Origin: Octopus sinensis
Taxonomy: Eukaryota
NCBI RefSeq assembly: GCF_006345805.1
Contig: NW_021835573.1
Span: 1-26,279 of the forward strand
Direction: 5' to 3'
DNA: 26,279 bases
The notes beneath the pieces are model-generated. The model saw nothing but the letters and a program-made list of their open reading frames with translations. It did no database searches and was not told the DNA's origin. This document shows positions 1 through 11,213 of this stretch, one piece after another. A program made the position numbers and the translations under genes. How positions within the stretch are numbered: position 1 is the stretch's first letter; each line of letters opens with the position of its first letter.

Positions 1-890
1 AGTCATCGGAGAGAGAGTGAGAAACATAGAAAGCAGTAGGGGAGAGGAGAGCATAGAGAGGGGAAGAAAATAGGCTCTCACTCTCTCTCTCACACACACA
101 CTCACACGCCCAAATGTAATCTTACCTTTGTTGTGGGTAGACGCAGTGATTTTGCTATTCCTGGGCAACGAGAAACGTCAGGTCTGTCCACTATGACCGT
201 TCAGTAATGTCCTCTCCTCGGATGACCGTCCACTTATGAATATAATGCCACAAAATATGAAGGATGTCCACAAATTCGCTTTCAGAATTACCACAGACGT
301 CACCACTGTTTCTAGATGTCAAGTCAGGACCCCTACGAATGCCAATATTGTTCACTGCATTCAAATGTTACAGAGGCCGACTTATCCTTTTTTCCTTTCA
401 GGCTCAATAAAACAAGTAGTAGCTGAGCAGTGGGGTTCATATGATCAACTAGCCCTTTCCTACAAAATTTCAGACCTTGTTTTATGGTAGAAGGAATATT
501 ATCTTCTGCTTCCAGAATTACCACAGATGTCGGCACTGTCTCCAGATATCAATCCAGAGTTCCTACAGATGACAATATTACCACTGTCTCTACAAGTGAA
601 ACCGGAGCGCAGGTTTTCGAACTGTTCACTGATAGCAATACTGCTCGCTTCTGTCACCAGTATCAGCAGATACGACAACTCTATATAATGGTCAATAACA
701 TACACAGTGAGAGCAACACTTGTCATTAATAATATTATGACTTCACCTGCACGGAACTAAACTAGTGTCTCACATGAATACGAACAGTCACACTTCACTG
801 AGCCCATTAGATACCTAAATGCACATTCGATGGGATGTGTTCGATATTCTTGTTGGTTGTGTCAGTGTGTTGGTGCGTTTGATGTGACGC

Positions 891-892
<2 letters not shown>

Positions 893-960
<68 letters not shown>
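893..960. repeat. (AT)n microsatellite
   Basis: Directly visible. Confidence 0.98.
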
Positions 961-966
<6 letters not shown>

Positions 967-984
967 GTATATGTATATATAAAT

Positions 985-1445
985 ATATATATAAATTAGA
1001 GATAAAACCACTATTAAGCAAATCAATCAGTGAAAAACATAACCAAAACATAGAAATAAAATTAATTAATATAAAATATATAAAATATAAAATTCAAAAT
1101 TAAATTATTTAAATTAAAATTAAAAAATTTTTAAAAATTAATTATTAATTTATACTTATAAATTTATAAATTTATATATATATATATTATAAGTACAATC
1201 AATAATAAAAAAAATTTTTTTTTTAATTTTCAATTTTAAATTTAAATAATTTAATTTTGAATTTTATATTTTATGTATTTTATATTAATTAATTTTATTT
1301 CTCTGTTTTGGTTTATGTTTTTCACTGATTGATTTGCCTAATAGTGGTTTTATCTCTAATTTAATATATATATTTTTACTGCGAAATTAGAATTTAATCC
1401 TAAATTTAATTTTTTTCCCTGTAAATTTGGATTTGCTCCCTAATA
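985..1445. repeat. AT-rich fold-back (inverted-repeat) element, copy 1
   Basis: AATTAGAGATAAAACCACTATTAAGCAAATCAATCAGTGAAAAACATAA (about 994) is inverted at about 1312-1362. The arms extend roughly 985-1135 and 1210-1375. The right arm continues to ...CCCTGTAAATTTGGATTTGCTCCCTAA. Confidence 0.8.
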
Positions 1446-1469
1446 TTATTATTATTATAAATATATATA

Positions 1470-1685
1470 TGTATATATATTGTTAATCCAAACAAGAAAA
1501 CACAAAAAAACACAACAACGCGAGGACGTGGAACAAATATAGTATTATTGGACGCTCAGGAAAGAAGGGAAGCAGGAGTGTTTAATGTTTCGCGCGGAGC
1601 TCTTCGTCGGAAACATAGGAGAAGGAAGATCCAGAGAAAGGAAGACAGAGGAAAAATCGCCAATGGTACACACGAGGTCACATAT
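1470..1685 (-). mobile_element. Probable PLE-terminus fragment of a third subfamily
   Basis: Same layout as the pseudo-LTR (GTATTATTGGACGCTCAGGAAA...TTTAATGTTTCGCGCGGAGCTCTTCGTCGGAAACA...purine-rich tract) with a hammerhead-like motif at 1579-1615. Confidence 0.5.
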
Positions 1686-2579
1686 GTATCTCTTATTATA
1701 AAAGGCAGATTTTATCTGCCTCCCTTTGGGAGTTATACAAATCTACAATATAGGATTTCTTCAATTATAATTTACCTAGCATTTTAAGAGTAGAATGCAT
1801 CGGGTCATGCCAGGTCCAGTTTTTAAAATTTAAACTCCAATTAAGCAAAATTTACAGAAAACTCACATTCTGGTGTGTATGTCAAATGCTTTTCTTAGTC
1901 TGGTTTACAGCACACGCAAACGCACACACACAGTGTGCAACGAATAAAATGAAAGTAAATAGCGACAGAGTGATTTGAGGAAGACTAAACTGAAAGTATT
2001 TAAACCACTACTCAAAAAATAATAAAACACAGCAAACAGAAACAAATAAATACATAACGATTTACTCCTCACACAATTTCTTCAATTAGAGTGTACCCAT
2101 GATTTTTCAGAGTACTTCAGTGGGTGATGCCATAAAAAATTTCTTTCAATTTTACCACCGATTAAGACAAAATTCGAGAAAACTCAATATTTTAACATAT
2201 CACTCCGAAAGCATTGATGTACATGTGTGCGTGTGTGAGTGTGTGTGTGTCATTCCTCACACACACGCATACACATACATATACAACTACATACAACTAC
2301 ATACACATACAACTACATACAAACACGTGTGTGTTTGTTATTAGTAAAAAAGGCGCCAAAACACAACTCACTTATCATTCCAAAACATTTGCAAGACACA
2401 CGGACGGACAGAAAAGGTAAATTGGTTTTTATTTTACTCTGTATATATTTTATTATATAATATTATATATAGATATATGTATATATAATTGCAGTATGAA
2501 ACAGTGTTTATGTATAAACAGACGACACTTATATATAGTTATTATAATAAGAGATTAATAAATGTATGCATCCGTTTAA

Positions 2580-2902
2580 CCCTTTCGTTACCAAGCCGCC
2601 CGAATTTACCTATTCATATTTAAATGAGAATATCAGAGCAAATCTCTTAGTACATTCGTGAAAACACGTATTATACTTCGTAAACACTTCAACTACAGTT
2701 TTGTACAAAAATCGAAGTGTAATTTTAATTCCGTGAATTACGGAGATTTTTTTCCGAATTTGTTCCTATTGTGTTTTCAAAATTTGTAATTCTGACAAAA
2801 AATGGATACGAATTTCATTATATCAAGCAGCGAGTCAGAATTCGAAGGATTTTCTACTGAAAACCTTCATAAATCTAACTCTATGACTGAAAAAAAAAAG
2901 CA
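2580..2902 (+). mobile_element. piggyBac-like element, left end only
   Basis: TTAA (2576-2579) is followed by CCCTTTCGTTACC, the typical piggyBac TTAA|CCC terminus. A short acidic ORF start MDTNFIISSSESEFEGFSTENL follows at 2802. The matching right end was not found. Confidence 0.55.
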
Positions 2903-3294
2903 TCTTTATATAAGAGTGAAGTTGTGTGTCTGTCTCCTACGATTTAGATTCCTAACTACTCCCACATTTTGCGGTGCAGTTTAACCAAAAGCGGGTATCT
3001 TATAGTCGTGATTCATATCGAGCCCTTCTGTGTATTAACGTGCGTCTACGATGAGTCTACGATTTAAAAAAAATTTACCATCATATTTTTCCATTTTAAT
3101 GCATTTTTTTCGCTTTTATATAAGGGAAGTAACTCTCTAAAAATATCTACGATGTGTCAACGATTTAAAAAAATTTACCTTAACTTTTTTTCAATTTTTA
3201 ATGCATTTTTTGCTCTTTTTTGGCTATAACTCTCTAAAAATGCTTATATAGTTATTTCCCTTACAACCCGAGCAACGCCGCGCGATACTGCTAG
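2903..3294 (+). mobile_element. Non-autonomous Helitron-type element
   Basis: Starts TC after A (a|TCTTTATATAAGAGTGAAGTTGTGTGTCTGTC). Ends in a degenerate GC hairpin (CCCGAGCAACGCCGCG) and CTAG followed by T, i.e. an A/T target. Contains an internal ~95-bp duplication (about 3050-3140 and 3147-3240). Confidence 0.65.
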
Positions 3295-3934
3295 TGTGTA
3301 TATAAGTACGAATGTATGTATATATGTATTTGTTGTAATATAGATTATTTTCTATACTGAAGTGTGTTGTCTTTTCGTTGCCCTAGGAACACAACTCTTG
3401 TGAGTAATGGAAAACATTAAATATTACCAGAAAATCATTTGGAAAATGACAAGATTAAAATGAAGCCACGAGTATGGATTTTGTAGACATGTTGCTCAGT
3501 TTTAAGCCACATTCAACACATCGCTTAAAAGCTAATAACTATGTTGTACGATTTGTAATGGTGTACAATATCTAATGGTGTGTCGGCACATGAAACAATA
3601 TTGATAAATGAAAATGTTAGAGCAAAAAATCAGTTCAGTAAATTAATTTAGTTCAAGCTGACAGTATTACGTCTAAGAGGTTCGTGCTTATATATCGACT
3701 GACAGTCACCAGATGAGGTTGGTTGGTTGAATTCATTCTTATGTTGTTTACTGTTAATACAATTCGCACTCAGTTACAGAGATTCATGTTTGGGCAGCAA
3801 AAAAGATTTCAATGCTTAATCGATAAGTTCGATTAAACTCAGCAGTCAGGAGAATCATTGATGTCATAGGTTCAATACATGGTTGTATTTATTGAAGCTT
3901 AAATAGATTGAAAAACAACATAGAAATGTAGCAC

Positions 3935-3938
<4 letters not shown>

Positions 3939-3995
<57 letters not shown>
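3939..3995. repeat. (TA)n microsatellite
   Basis: Directly visible. Confidence 0.98.
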
Positions 3996-3998
<3 letters not shown>

Positions 3999-4684
3999 AG
4001 CAAAAGTTTCAAGATCGATCGAATCCAGCTCGTTCCTGTATCTTACATAGACCACATGATGTATTTTTATACGATTGTGTCCCAAACAAGGTTTGAGACC
4101 AGCGTAGTACAAGGGACTACGAAGGAGGAAAGGAAAGGAGCCCACATATTCAAAACCGGTTGATCGACAAAGCTTAATGGACCGAATATCATAGAGCAAA
4201 GGAAACGAAGACGATTTTAGTGAGTTCGAGAGAGCAGTAGTTTGAGGAAAGAAACTGTGGGAATAAAAGCACTTAAGACTGACAGGAAGCTCAACAGGAA
4301 ACGATGCGTATTTAAAAGAGAAATGGGGGACACGTTTGAAGGTTTGAGAGGAGTTACTAGACAAGAAATTTCATCAGAGCAAAGTCTGTGAAATACTGGA
4401 GGTAAAAAAGTGTCAGAATACGTTGCGATTTGTAAACATTTGGTTAGACAGGTGTACAGAATTATGAGGCGGAAATGTTTTTTCTTTAATAAAAAAATTG
4501 TTTCTGGAGAACTTTTTCCACAGAACCCAGACATGCGACTGGTTTTCATCCTTGGTATACAATCTAACTTGATTTTTCAGTAAGAATATATGCTGTTTCG
4601 CTTGATTTTATGTCCTGGTTTTTGGAGCAGAAGCCCAAGGTGTGAATAGATCATTGAGGAAATACAAGATGATGTATAGTAGAC

Positions 4685-4685
<1 letters not shown>

Positions 4686-4715
<30 letters not shown>

Positions 4716-4850
4716 TGTATGTATGTATGTATGTATGTATGTATGTATGTTGTATGTATGTATGTATGTATGTATGTATATATGTAAGTATGTATGTATG
4801 TATGTATGTATGTATGTATGTATGTATAATGTATGTATGTATTATGTATG

Positions 4851-4881
<31 letters not shown>

Positions 4882-4935
4882 GTAGTATGTATGTATGTAT
4901 GTGTATGTATGTATGTAAGTATGTATGTATGTATG

Positions 4936-4966
<31 letters not shown>

Positions 4967-5035
4967 GTATGTATGTATGTATGTATGTATGTAAGTATGT
5001 AGTATGTATGTATGTATGTATGTTATGTATGTATG

Positions 5036-5066
<31 letters not shown>

Positions 5067-5160
5067 GTATGTATGTATGTATGTATGTATGTAGTATGTA
5101 GTATGTATGTATGTATGTATGTATGTAGTATGTATGTATGTATGTATGTATGTATGTATG

Positions 5161-5191
<31 letters not shown>

Positions 5192-5243
5192 GTATGTATG
5201 TATGTATGTATGTATGTATGTATGTATGTATATATGTAGTATG

Positions 5244-5274
<31 letters not shown>

Positions 5275-5374
5275 GTATGTATGTATGTATGTATGTAGTA
5301 TGTATGATGTATGTATGTATGTAAGTATGTATGTATGTATGTATGTATGTATGTATGTAGTATGTATGTATGTG

Positions 5375-5405
<31 letters not shown>

Positions 5406-5487
5406 GTATGTATGAATGTATGTATGTATGTATGTATTGTATGTATGTATGTATGTATGTATGTATGTATGCATGTATGTATGTATG

Positions 5488-5545
<58 letters not shown>

Positions 5546-5546
5546 T
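4686..5546. repeat. Long (TATG)n microsatellite grading into (TA)n and (TG)n
   Basis: Directly visible; about 800 bp of TATG with occasional TAAG/TAG interruptions. Confidence 0.98.
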
Positions 5547-5659
5547 GTGCGTACCTATATGATAATGGAGAAAGCTGCTTAGTAATTAGATATGTAACAG
5601 TTAATAAAGAATTCAATTATTAAAAGCTTGAACGTCTGGAATATTTTTTTTTATAAATT

Positions 5660-6424
5660 TATGAACCGACGCAAGAGAATTCGAGACAGGAGAAAATCAT
5701 CTCATCCTGCGTCAGATTGCTGAAGGCACGCGTGCAGATGAAAAGGGATTTGGCGTCGGACAGACAGTAAACAACCAGAATGACCGACCTTAGAGTGTAT
5801 CTGGCTCTATCGAGATTAGACCCGCAAATCGACGTCCAAATCCACTGTCACTTGAGGTTTGGACTGTGTGACAGCTACTGGAAGGTCTCCTCTCGTTTTT
5901 GTGACCTCGGATGTTGAAACGAATTCCCAGCAATACATTAGCGACATTCAGTAGCTGAACCGTTTCTATGGGCTGATGAGCACTTTCAAGGGGCACATTC
6001 GAGACTCCAGCAGGAATCTGCACATTCCCACAGCTCCAAGCAGACACAACACCCGATTCAGAAAGCATTCAGTCTTTCATAAGTAAGGATGTATGGACCT
6101 CAAGAATCTACGATGTCAACTCGTTGGAGTTTTTCTGTTTGGTCCAATTTGGGTCCGAGGCTCTCGAGCAGTTCTGATGCTTCTCTCGGCATCTGCGCCA
6201 GGAATGGGCTCGATTCCACAAAAACTGCTGCGTGCTGCGTGTGAAGCATTCACACGTAGATTTAAGGTTGTGATTCGAAACAAAGGTGGTTATATCGAAT
6301 AAATGTTGTCATATCGTAAATGTGTTTCATTTTCCATTGCATTGCAACGCTCACTCCCGAAATATATAAATATCTTGCTATGGAAATAGTGAAAAATTTG
6401 TTTGCCCTGATTTGGGGATACCCT

Positions 6425-6425
<1 letters not shown>
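5660..6425 (+). mobile_element. Tc1/mariner (maT/DD37D-like) transposase relic with right terminal repeat
   Basis: Decayed motifs ADEKGFGVGQTVNNQNDR, TATGRSPLVFV, LQQESAHSH...FISKDVWTSRIYDVNSLE (about 37 residues between the 2nd and 3rd catalytic positions after one frameshift) and RAACEAFTRRFKVVIRNKGGYIE*. Ends ...GGGGATACCCTG followed by TA (6426-6427). Confidence 0.8.
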
Positions 6426-6426
<1 letters not shown>

Positions 6427-6481
<55 letters not shown>

Positions 6482-6570
6482 ATACACACACACACACACA
6501 CACACTCACACATATGCGTGCACACACACTATCACACATGCGCACGCACACACAAATACACACACACATA
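6427..6570. repeat. (CA)n compound microsatellite at the mariner TA end
   Basis: Directly visible. Confidence 0.95.
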
Positions 6571-6767
6571 GTTTTTAATTAGGAAGCACCGCTAATTGCC
6601 ATGATACATGTAAAGACATATATTGTGAAACTTATTAAAGCAGTTTGCGTTACAGTTGAAATAGAGAGTGTATCGATCCAGAAATATGTTTACTTTTCAT
6701 CATCCATGGTGATTGATTTCAATGATTTGAATGATTTCCTTAATGGAAGACTTCGCTCCAGCGAACA

Positions 6768-6773
6768 TATATA

Positions 6774-6850
<77 letters not shown>

Positions 6851-6858
6851 GGTATATG

Positions 6859-6901
<43 letters not shown>
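6768..6901. repeat. (TA)n microsatellite, interrupted
   Basis: Directly visible. Confidence 0.95.
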
Positions 6902-6906
<5 letters not shown>

Positions 6907-7051
6907 TGAATGAATTATCCTAGTATGGATAATTCGGTTAACCGATAACCGGGTAGCAAATTCAAGTCAGAAAAACACGGTTGAAGCTACATGCCAAGGG
7001 CAGCGATCACGTGCTTTCGTGTGGAAATTTGTGTGTTTTTTTAATACAAAT

Positions 7052-7347
7052 AAATGAAAGAATGGAGTTGAACGACGATTTAACAAAATTCCTTTATTCT
7101 CGACATATGTTTCGAAGACTGCATATTCCTATAGACTTTCAAGGGGCACCTTCGAGACTCCAGCAGGAATCACCACATTCCCACAGCTCCCAGCTGACAT
7201 CTCTCGATTCAGAAAGCATTCAGTCTTTCATAAGCAAGGATGTATGGACCTCAAGAAGCTACGAAATTAGGAATATGCAGTCTTCGAAACATATGTCGGG
7301 AATAAAGGAATTTTGTTAAATCGTCGTTCAACTCCATTTTTTCATTT
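7052..7347. repeat. ~80-bp inverted repeats enclosing a 136-bp mariner-derived fragment
   Basis: 7052-7131 and 7268-7347 are reverse complements with 2 mismatches. The spacer 7132-7267 is homologous to about 5980-6112. Confidence 0.85.
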
Positions 7348-8843
7348 CTTTATATATTATATATATACAGACACACATAAGTGATGGCAGTGACTCAGAA
7401 ATATGTTTACGTTGTATCATCTATGGTGATTGATTTGAATGATTTTCTTTAATGGTAGATTCGGTCATGCGAACTTCAACGTTCAGCTTTCATATCTCCA
7501 CCTACAAAAACACCAACATCACATCACCCCATCACCAGGTATTAATAATGCAACGTCAGTATCAAAAACACCAGAGCTGCATTACTGCTAACATCGGAAC
7601 GACTTCAACAACTACACAGGCGTATCTTCTGTATGTTTCGTGAAGCGCATTTCTCCGCTCAAGAACTTCTTTTATTCGTTGTAACAAAGAAGACGTATTG
7701 AAAAGTTTGGTGTATTTTCACTCTTCTCGAGAAATACAGGCATATTAGTAAACAATATATATCTGAGTGGTTGGTACTGTGTTTTTTGGGAAGTCTGCGA
7801 GTTTTGGTAATTTGTAGACTAGCCTAAGTCTGAAGGTGAAATAGATAAGAGAACAAAGGACAGACAGCAGTGGTCAGTTCTGGCATTTATGAAAAGTCCT
7901 GATATCTGTAGACTCTACTGTGGTTAATAGAAGAAAGTATTTACAATAGAAGACAGGAAGGAGAGCAGAAAGAAGCCGTGCCCTTAATGAACAGTCCTGA
8001 CTAGAAGTCCTCACATAACCACCTAAAGTGTAGGGGCGGCCCTGCACCTCAGTGAAAGTAAGTGTTTTTTCTTATCGCATTCTGCTTATTTGCGCGCGTA
8101 TGTATTATGATTGGGAGGTGAGTGTGTCTGTAAGCGCGCATTGTGAAGTGAGCAAGAGTTTGTGACCGTGTTTAATCACCAGATCAACTCTGATCCAACA
8201 GAGCTATGATCTAAAGTATTCCAAATGTGACCATCTCATCATTTGTTAAGTCATAATGTAGTTATGGCTACAACATCCAGTTTGTTCTGTTGCATTTGTT
8301 TAGTAACAGGCCATCCCCAATCGAGGTAACACATTCACAGATACAATAATACGTGCATACTAGCTGGGGCCTTGACGAGTACTTCTGCTGCGGGTCAGAT
8401 AAGACCCTCGAACAACACTGGTTAAGAGACGATTCTAAACTCTTTGAAACCCTGGAAATTTCCAATTAGGGGCCCCGTACTGAATGCAATTTAAAGGCCT
8501 TCCCAAGACCCATGTTTCTAAATTTTAATTTCTTCTTTTTTCGTTTTCTCTTCCAAACATTCTTCCACTCACGCACAAACACTCTCCATCTTCTCATTGT
8601 ATCTCTCTCTTCTTTTTCAGGATATTTTTCTGCTACTCTTTCACGCTTTGCGACCCTTTCTATCTTTCTCTTCCCCGTTCCATCTTTATTTATTAAAATT
8701 CATCTTGTCTCCTTGCTGAATCTCCTCATAGCTCTCCCCATCCCATTCGTTCTTTCTTTCACGCCATTTGTTTCCCTTTCTGTCTCCCTCTAATAATCTC
8801 AAAGCCAAGAATGTCCCTGTTTCCTTTTACCCGTCCTGCTGCA

Positions 8844-9141
8844 ATGGAAGTGCTGCTGTTAGCTCTTACAACAATCCTGGCTGTCACCTCAGGTCAGAAA
8901 TGTGATGACGCTTACTACAAACGTTTGGGGCCTGGTTATTCCTATGATTATATTGGGACACCTCCAACAGAACAATTCTTCTCAACACGAAACCTACTCG
9001 ACTGCACCGCGCTCGCTCAGAGGAGCCAATCGCAATATTTCACTTACAACAAAGTCAGCCATGCTTGTAAGAATTACTCACCGAAAAATATAATGACAGT
9101 CGTCAGCACGAATAACGAGAACGAGATTTCCTTCTATAGAA
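8844..9141 (+). CDS. Host gene, first visible coding exon: signal peptide + PAN/apple-like module of an uncharacterised secreted protein
   Basis: ATG 8844 in gcaATGG context (an in-frame upstream ATG is at 8811). MEVLLLALTTILAVTSG is a hydrophobic signal-peptide-like start, followed by QKCDDAYYKRLG...LLDCTALAQRSQSQYFTYNKVSHACKNY, a PAN-like C..x..F.Y....C pattern with missing cysteines. Ends AGAA|gtaagt (donor at 9142, phase 1). Confidence 0.85.
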
Positions 9142-9194
9142 GTAAGTGAATCTTCTTTATTATTACTGTTGACTTATTTTTACATTGTTCGGTC

Positions 9195-9280
9195 AGATCA
9201 AAGTACCAGTTGAACATCAGCGGTCGATGAAATCGACTTACTCATCTACCCTCGAAATTGCTGGCCAAGATTTCGAAACC
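9195..9280 (+). mobile_element. SINE 3' fragment
   Basis: AAGTACCAGTTG....GGTCGATGAAATCGACTTA..C.....AAATTGCTGGCC resembles the 3' part of a cephalopod SINE; compare AATAAGTAC...GGGGTCGA at 12529-12568. Confidence 0.5.
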
Positions 9281-9559
9281 ATATTGTTGCTGATATTATT
9301 GTTTCTATTGCTGTTAACCAGCATTTCAATTTTGTCTTTCTTGTTCACTTAGTCTTTGTCGAGTTACTGCAAACATTCCCTTTTTAAACCATATCTCTTT
9401 CATACTGTTGTTGCGTTCAGAGTTCCACCTCTTTTTTATACCTAAGAATTTAGTATTTTAAAATACTAATAATTTATTTATTAACTACAATTTTTAGAAA
9501 AAACGAATATATAAAGAAGTGTATAGCAGGAATTTTATTTAAAATTTGATATAGGAATA

Positions 9560-9960
9560 AGCATTCACCACCAGCTTCTCAAACCACCTGGGAACCACAT
9601 CAACTGATTTCATCAGGAAGTCTTGTGGAATGAAAGACATAACGTCTCGTATTCACCCTTCAGGTTCTTCCAAAGTCATCGGTTTGGTAGAGAAGACTTC
9701 CTCCTTTAACAAAACCCAAAATCACAGGGTGTTAAATCAGGGCTTCTGGCCAGCCAGTCATGCAGACCTTGATGAATTGGAAGGACGACCACTTCAAGTA
9801 TCAGCTACAAATCCTGTAGTCATGAATTTTGCATGGCATTTCTTGATTATCTTTGCATCAACTTGAGCATGTCTTCCTCTAATGGTCCCCCACCATCTTT
9901 GCACTTGAACAACTGATATCTAAACTTCGTAATGTGCAGCTAGCTGGGCACAGTAAGGCA
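9560..9960 (-). mobile_element. Internally deleted Tc1/mariner-type transposase relic
   Basis: The - strand gives IIKKCHAKFMTTGFVAD..SGRP (N-terminal HTH end) joined almost directly to WLARSPDLTPCDF..FVKEEVFSTKPMTLEE, the C-terminal WPxRSPDLxPxD motif. Confidence 0.7.
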
Positions 9961-10446
9961 TCCAGCCATGTTTGTAGGGCTTCTAAATTTCAAACAAAAT
10001 AATCAGTCTGAAACAAACAACATGGAATCAATTCCCATACATTAAACAACATACACTACAATTTGAGAAAAACTTATAGTTAATATATAAATTATAAGCA
10101 TTTTAAAATAGGGAGTTACTTTCCAATCAACCTGTATATATATTACACTTCACACAGAGTGAAAGATATAATGAAGGGAGAGGACTTAGAATATTTTCTG
10201 AATGAAACTTCAAAATCTGGTTGAGGGGAGATAAGCGTTTGTGATGAAAGACATCTAACGATCTTTTGGCAGAGTTGAACTGACGTTGCCTAGACATCGT
10301 TTTTAATTTTTTTTTTAAAACGGCTTTGCGTTGATAGAGAAAATAGGGGAGAGAGCTGCTTACGGATCGGACCGCTTGCAACATAACTTTGAACAATCGA
10401 GTACTGGACATCGAATATAGAATTAAACTTCACACACGGTGAAAAA

Positions 10447-10558
<112 letters not shown>

Positions 10559-10659
10559 CGGAGTAAACACATAAATGTGAAACAAGGTGGAAAAAAGAGT
10601 ACTCAAATACCAGCGGTAGAGTAATATGCTTTAAATAAAGTATATATATATGTGTGTCG

Positions 10660-10870
10660 CCAGTCGCCATGATAGATCGTTAGCCACTACACATATTTTT
10701 TTCTCTCCTTGTTTCTCTCCTTGTTTTTTTTCTGTATCCCTTTCTGTAGAAGAACGTAGGCTCGAAACGTAAAAGACTTTTACAATTCCAGAGCGTTATA
10801 CTAATACATTTGTTTGTTTTGTACACCACCTGTCTTCGTTTTTTGTTTTTTTTTCGTAAACTCTCCCTAT
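10660..10870 (+). mobile_element. Solo PLE-terminus fragment related to the pseudo-LTR, opposite orientation
   Basis: CTTTCTGTAGAAGAACGTAGGCTCGAAACGTAAAAGAC...CACCTGTCTTCGTTTTTTGTTT is homologous to the reverse complement of 24900-25100. Confidence 0.7.
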
Positions 10871-10876
10871 ATATAC

Positions 10877-10878
<2 letters not shown>

Positions 10879-10914
<36 letters not shown>

Positions 10915-10917
10915 TGT

Positions 10918-10950
<33 letters not shown>
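10879..10950. repeat. (TG)n microsatellite
   Basis: Directly visible. Confidence 0.95.
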
Positions 10951-10952
<2 letters not shown>

Positions 10953-11213
10953 CACTGAGTGTATATTATATTTCGTCGCCGTCTGTGAAGTTTAATTCTG
11001 TGTCAGGGTTCGAATCCTTCAAACTTTCTTTCATTTTTCTTGAACGTGGGGCTTCCGTTTCGACACTCCTACGAGGGTTCGTAACCTCGTTACCACTGTT
11101 ATAACGACAACCGTTATACAGTGGGAGCTATGAATCCTCGTCGCCACTGCTACGTCCCGCTACTACATATCAGTGGCTGTGGGGGCTACGAAACTCCGTC
11201 GCCATTGTTATGT

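Noticed and set aside
121-235. Possible - strand exon ending at a donor (CTTACC at 121-126)
   Set aside because: No convincing reading frame or partner exon within the window.
3864-4640. Possible decayed transposon or coding relic of moderate complexity
   Set aside because: All frames are interrupted and I could not recognise a diagnostic motif; left unassigned.
4642-5623. Long MYVC/HTYI ORFs
   Set aside because: Translations of the (TATG)n microsatellite.
8058-8620. Possible 5' UTR intron (GTAAGT at 8058, TTTTTCAG at 8620)
   Set aside because: Splice-like signals alone are common by chance and need transcript evidence.
10995-11030. tRNA gene suggested by GGGTTCGAATCC (B-box-like)
   Set aside because: No cloverleaf or properly spaced A-box could be built.
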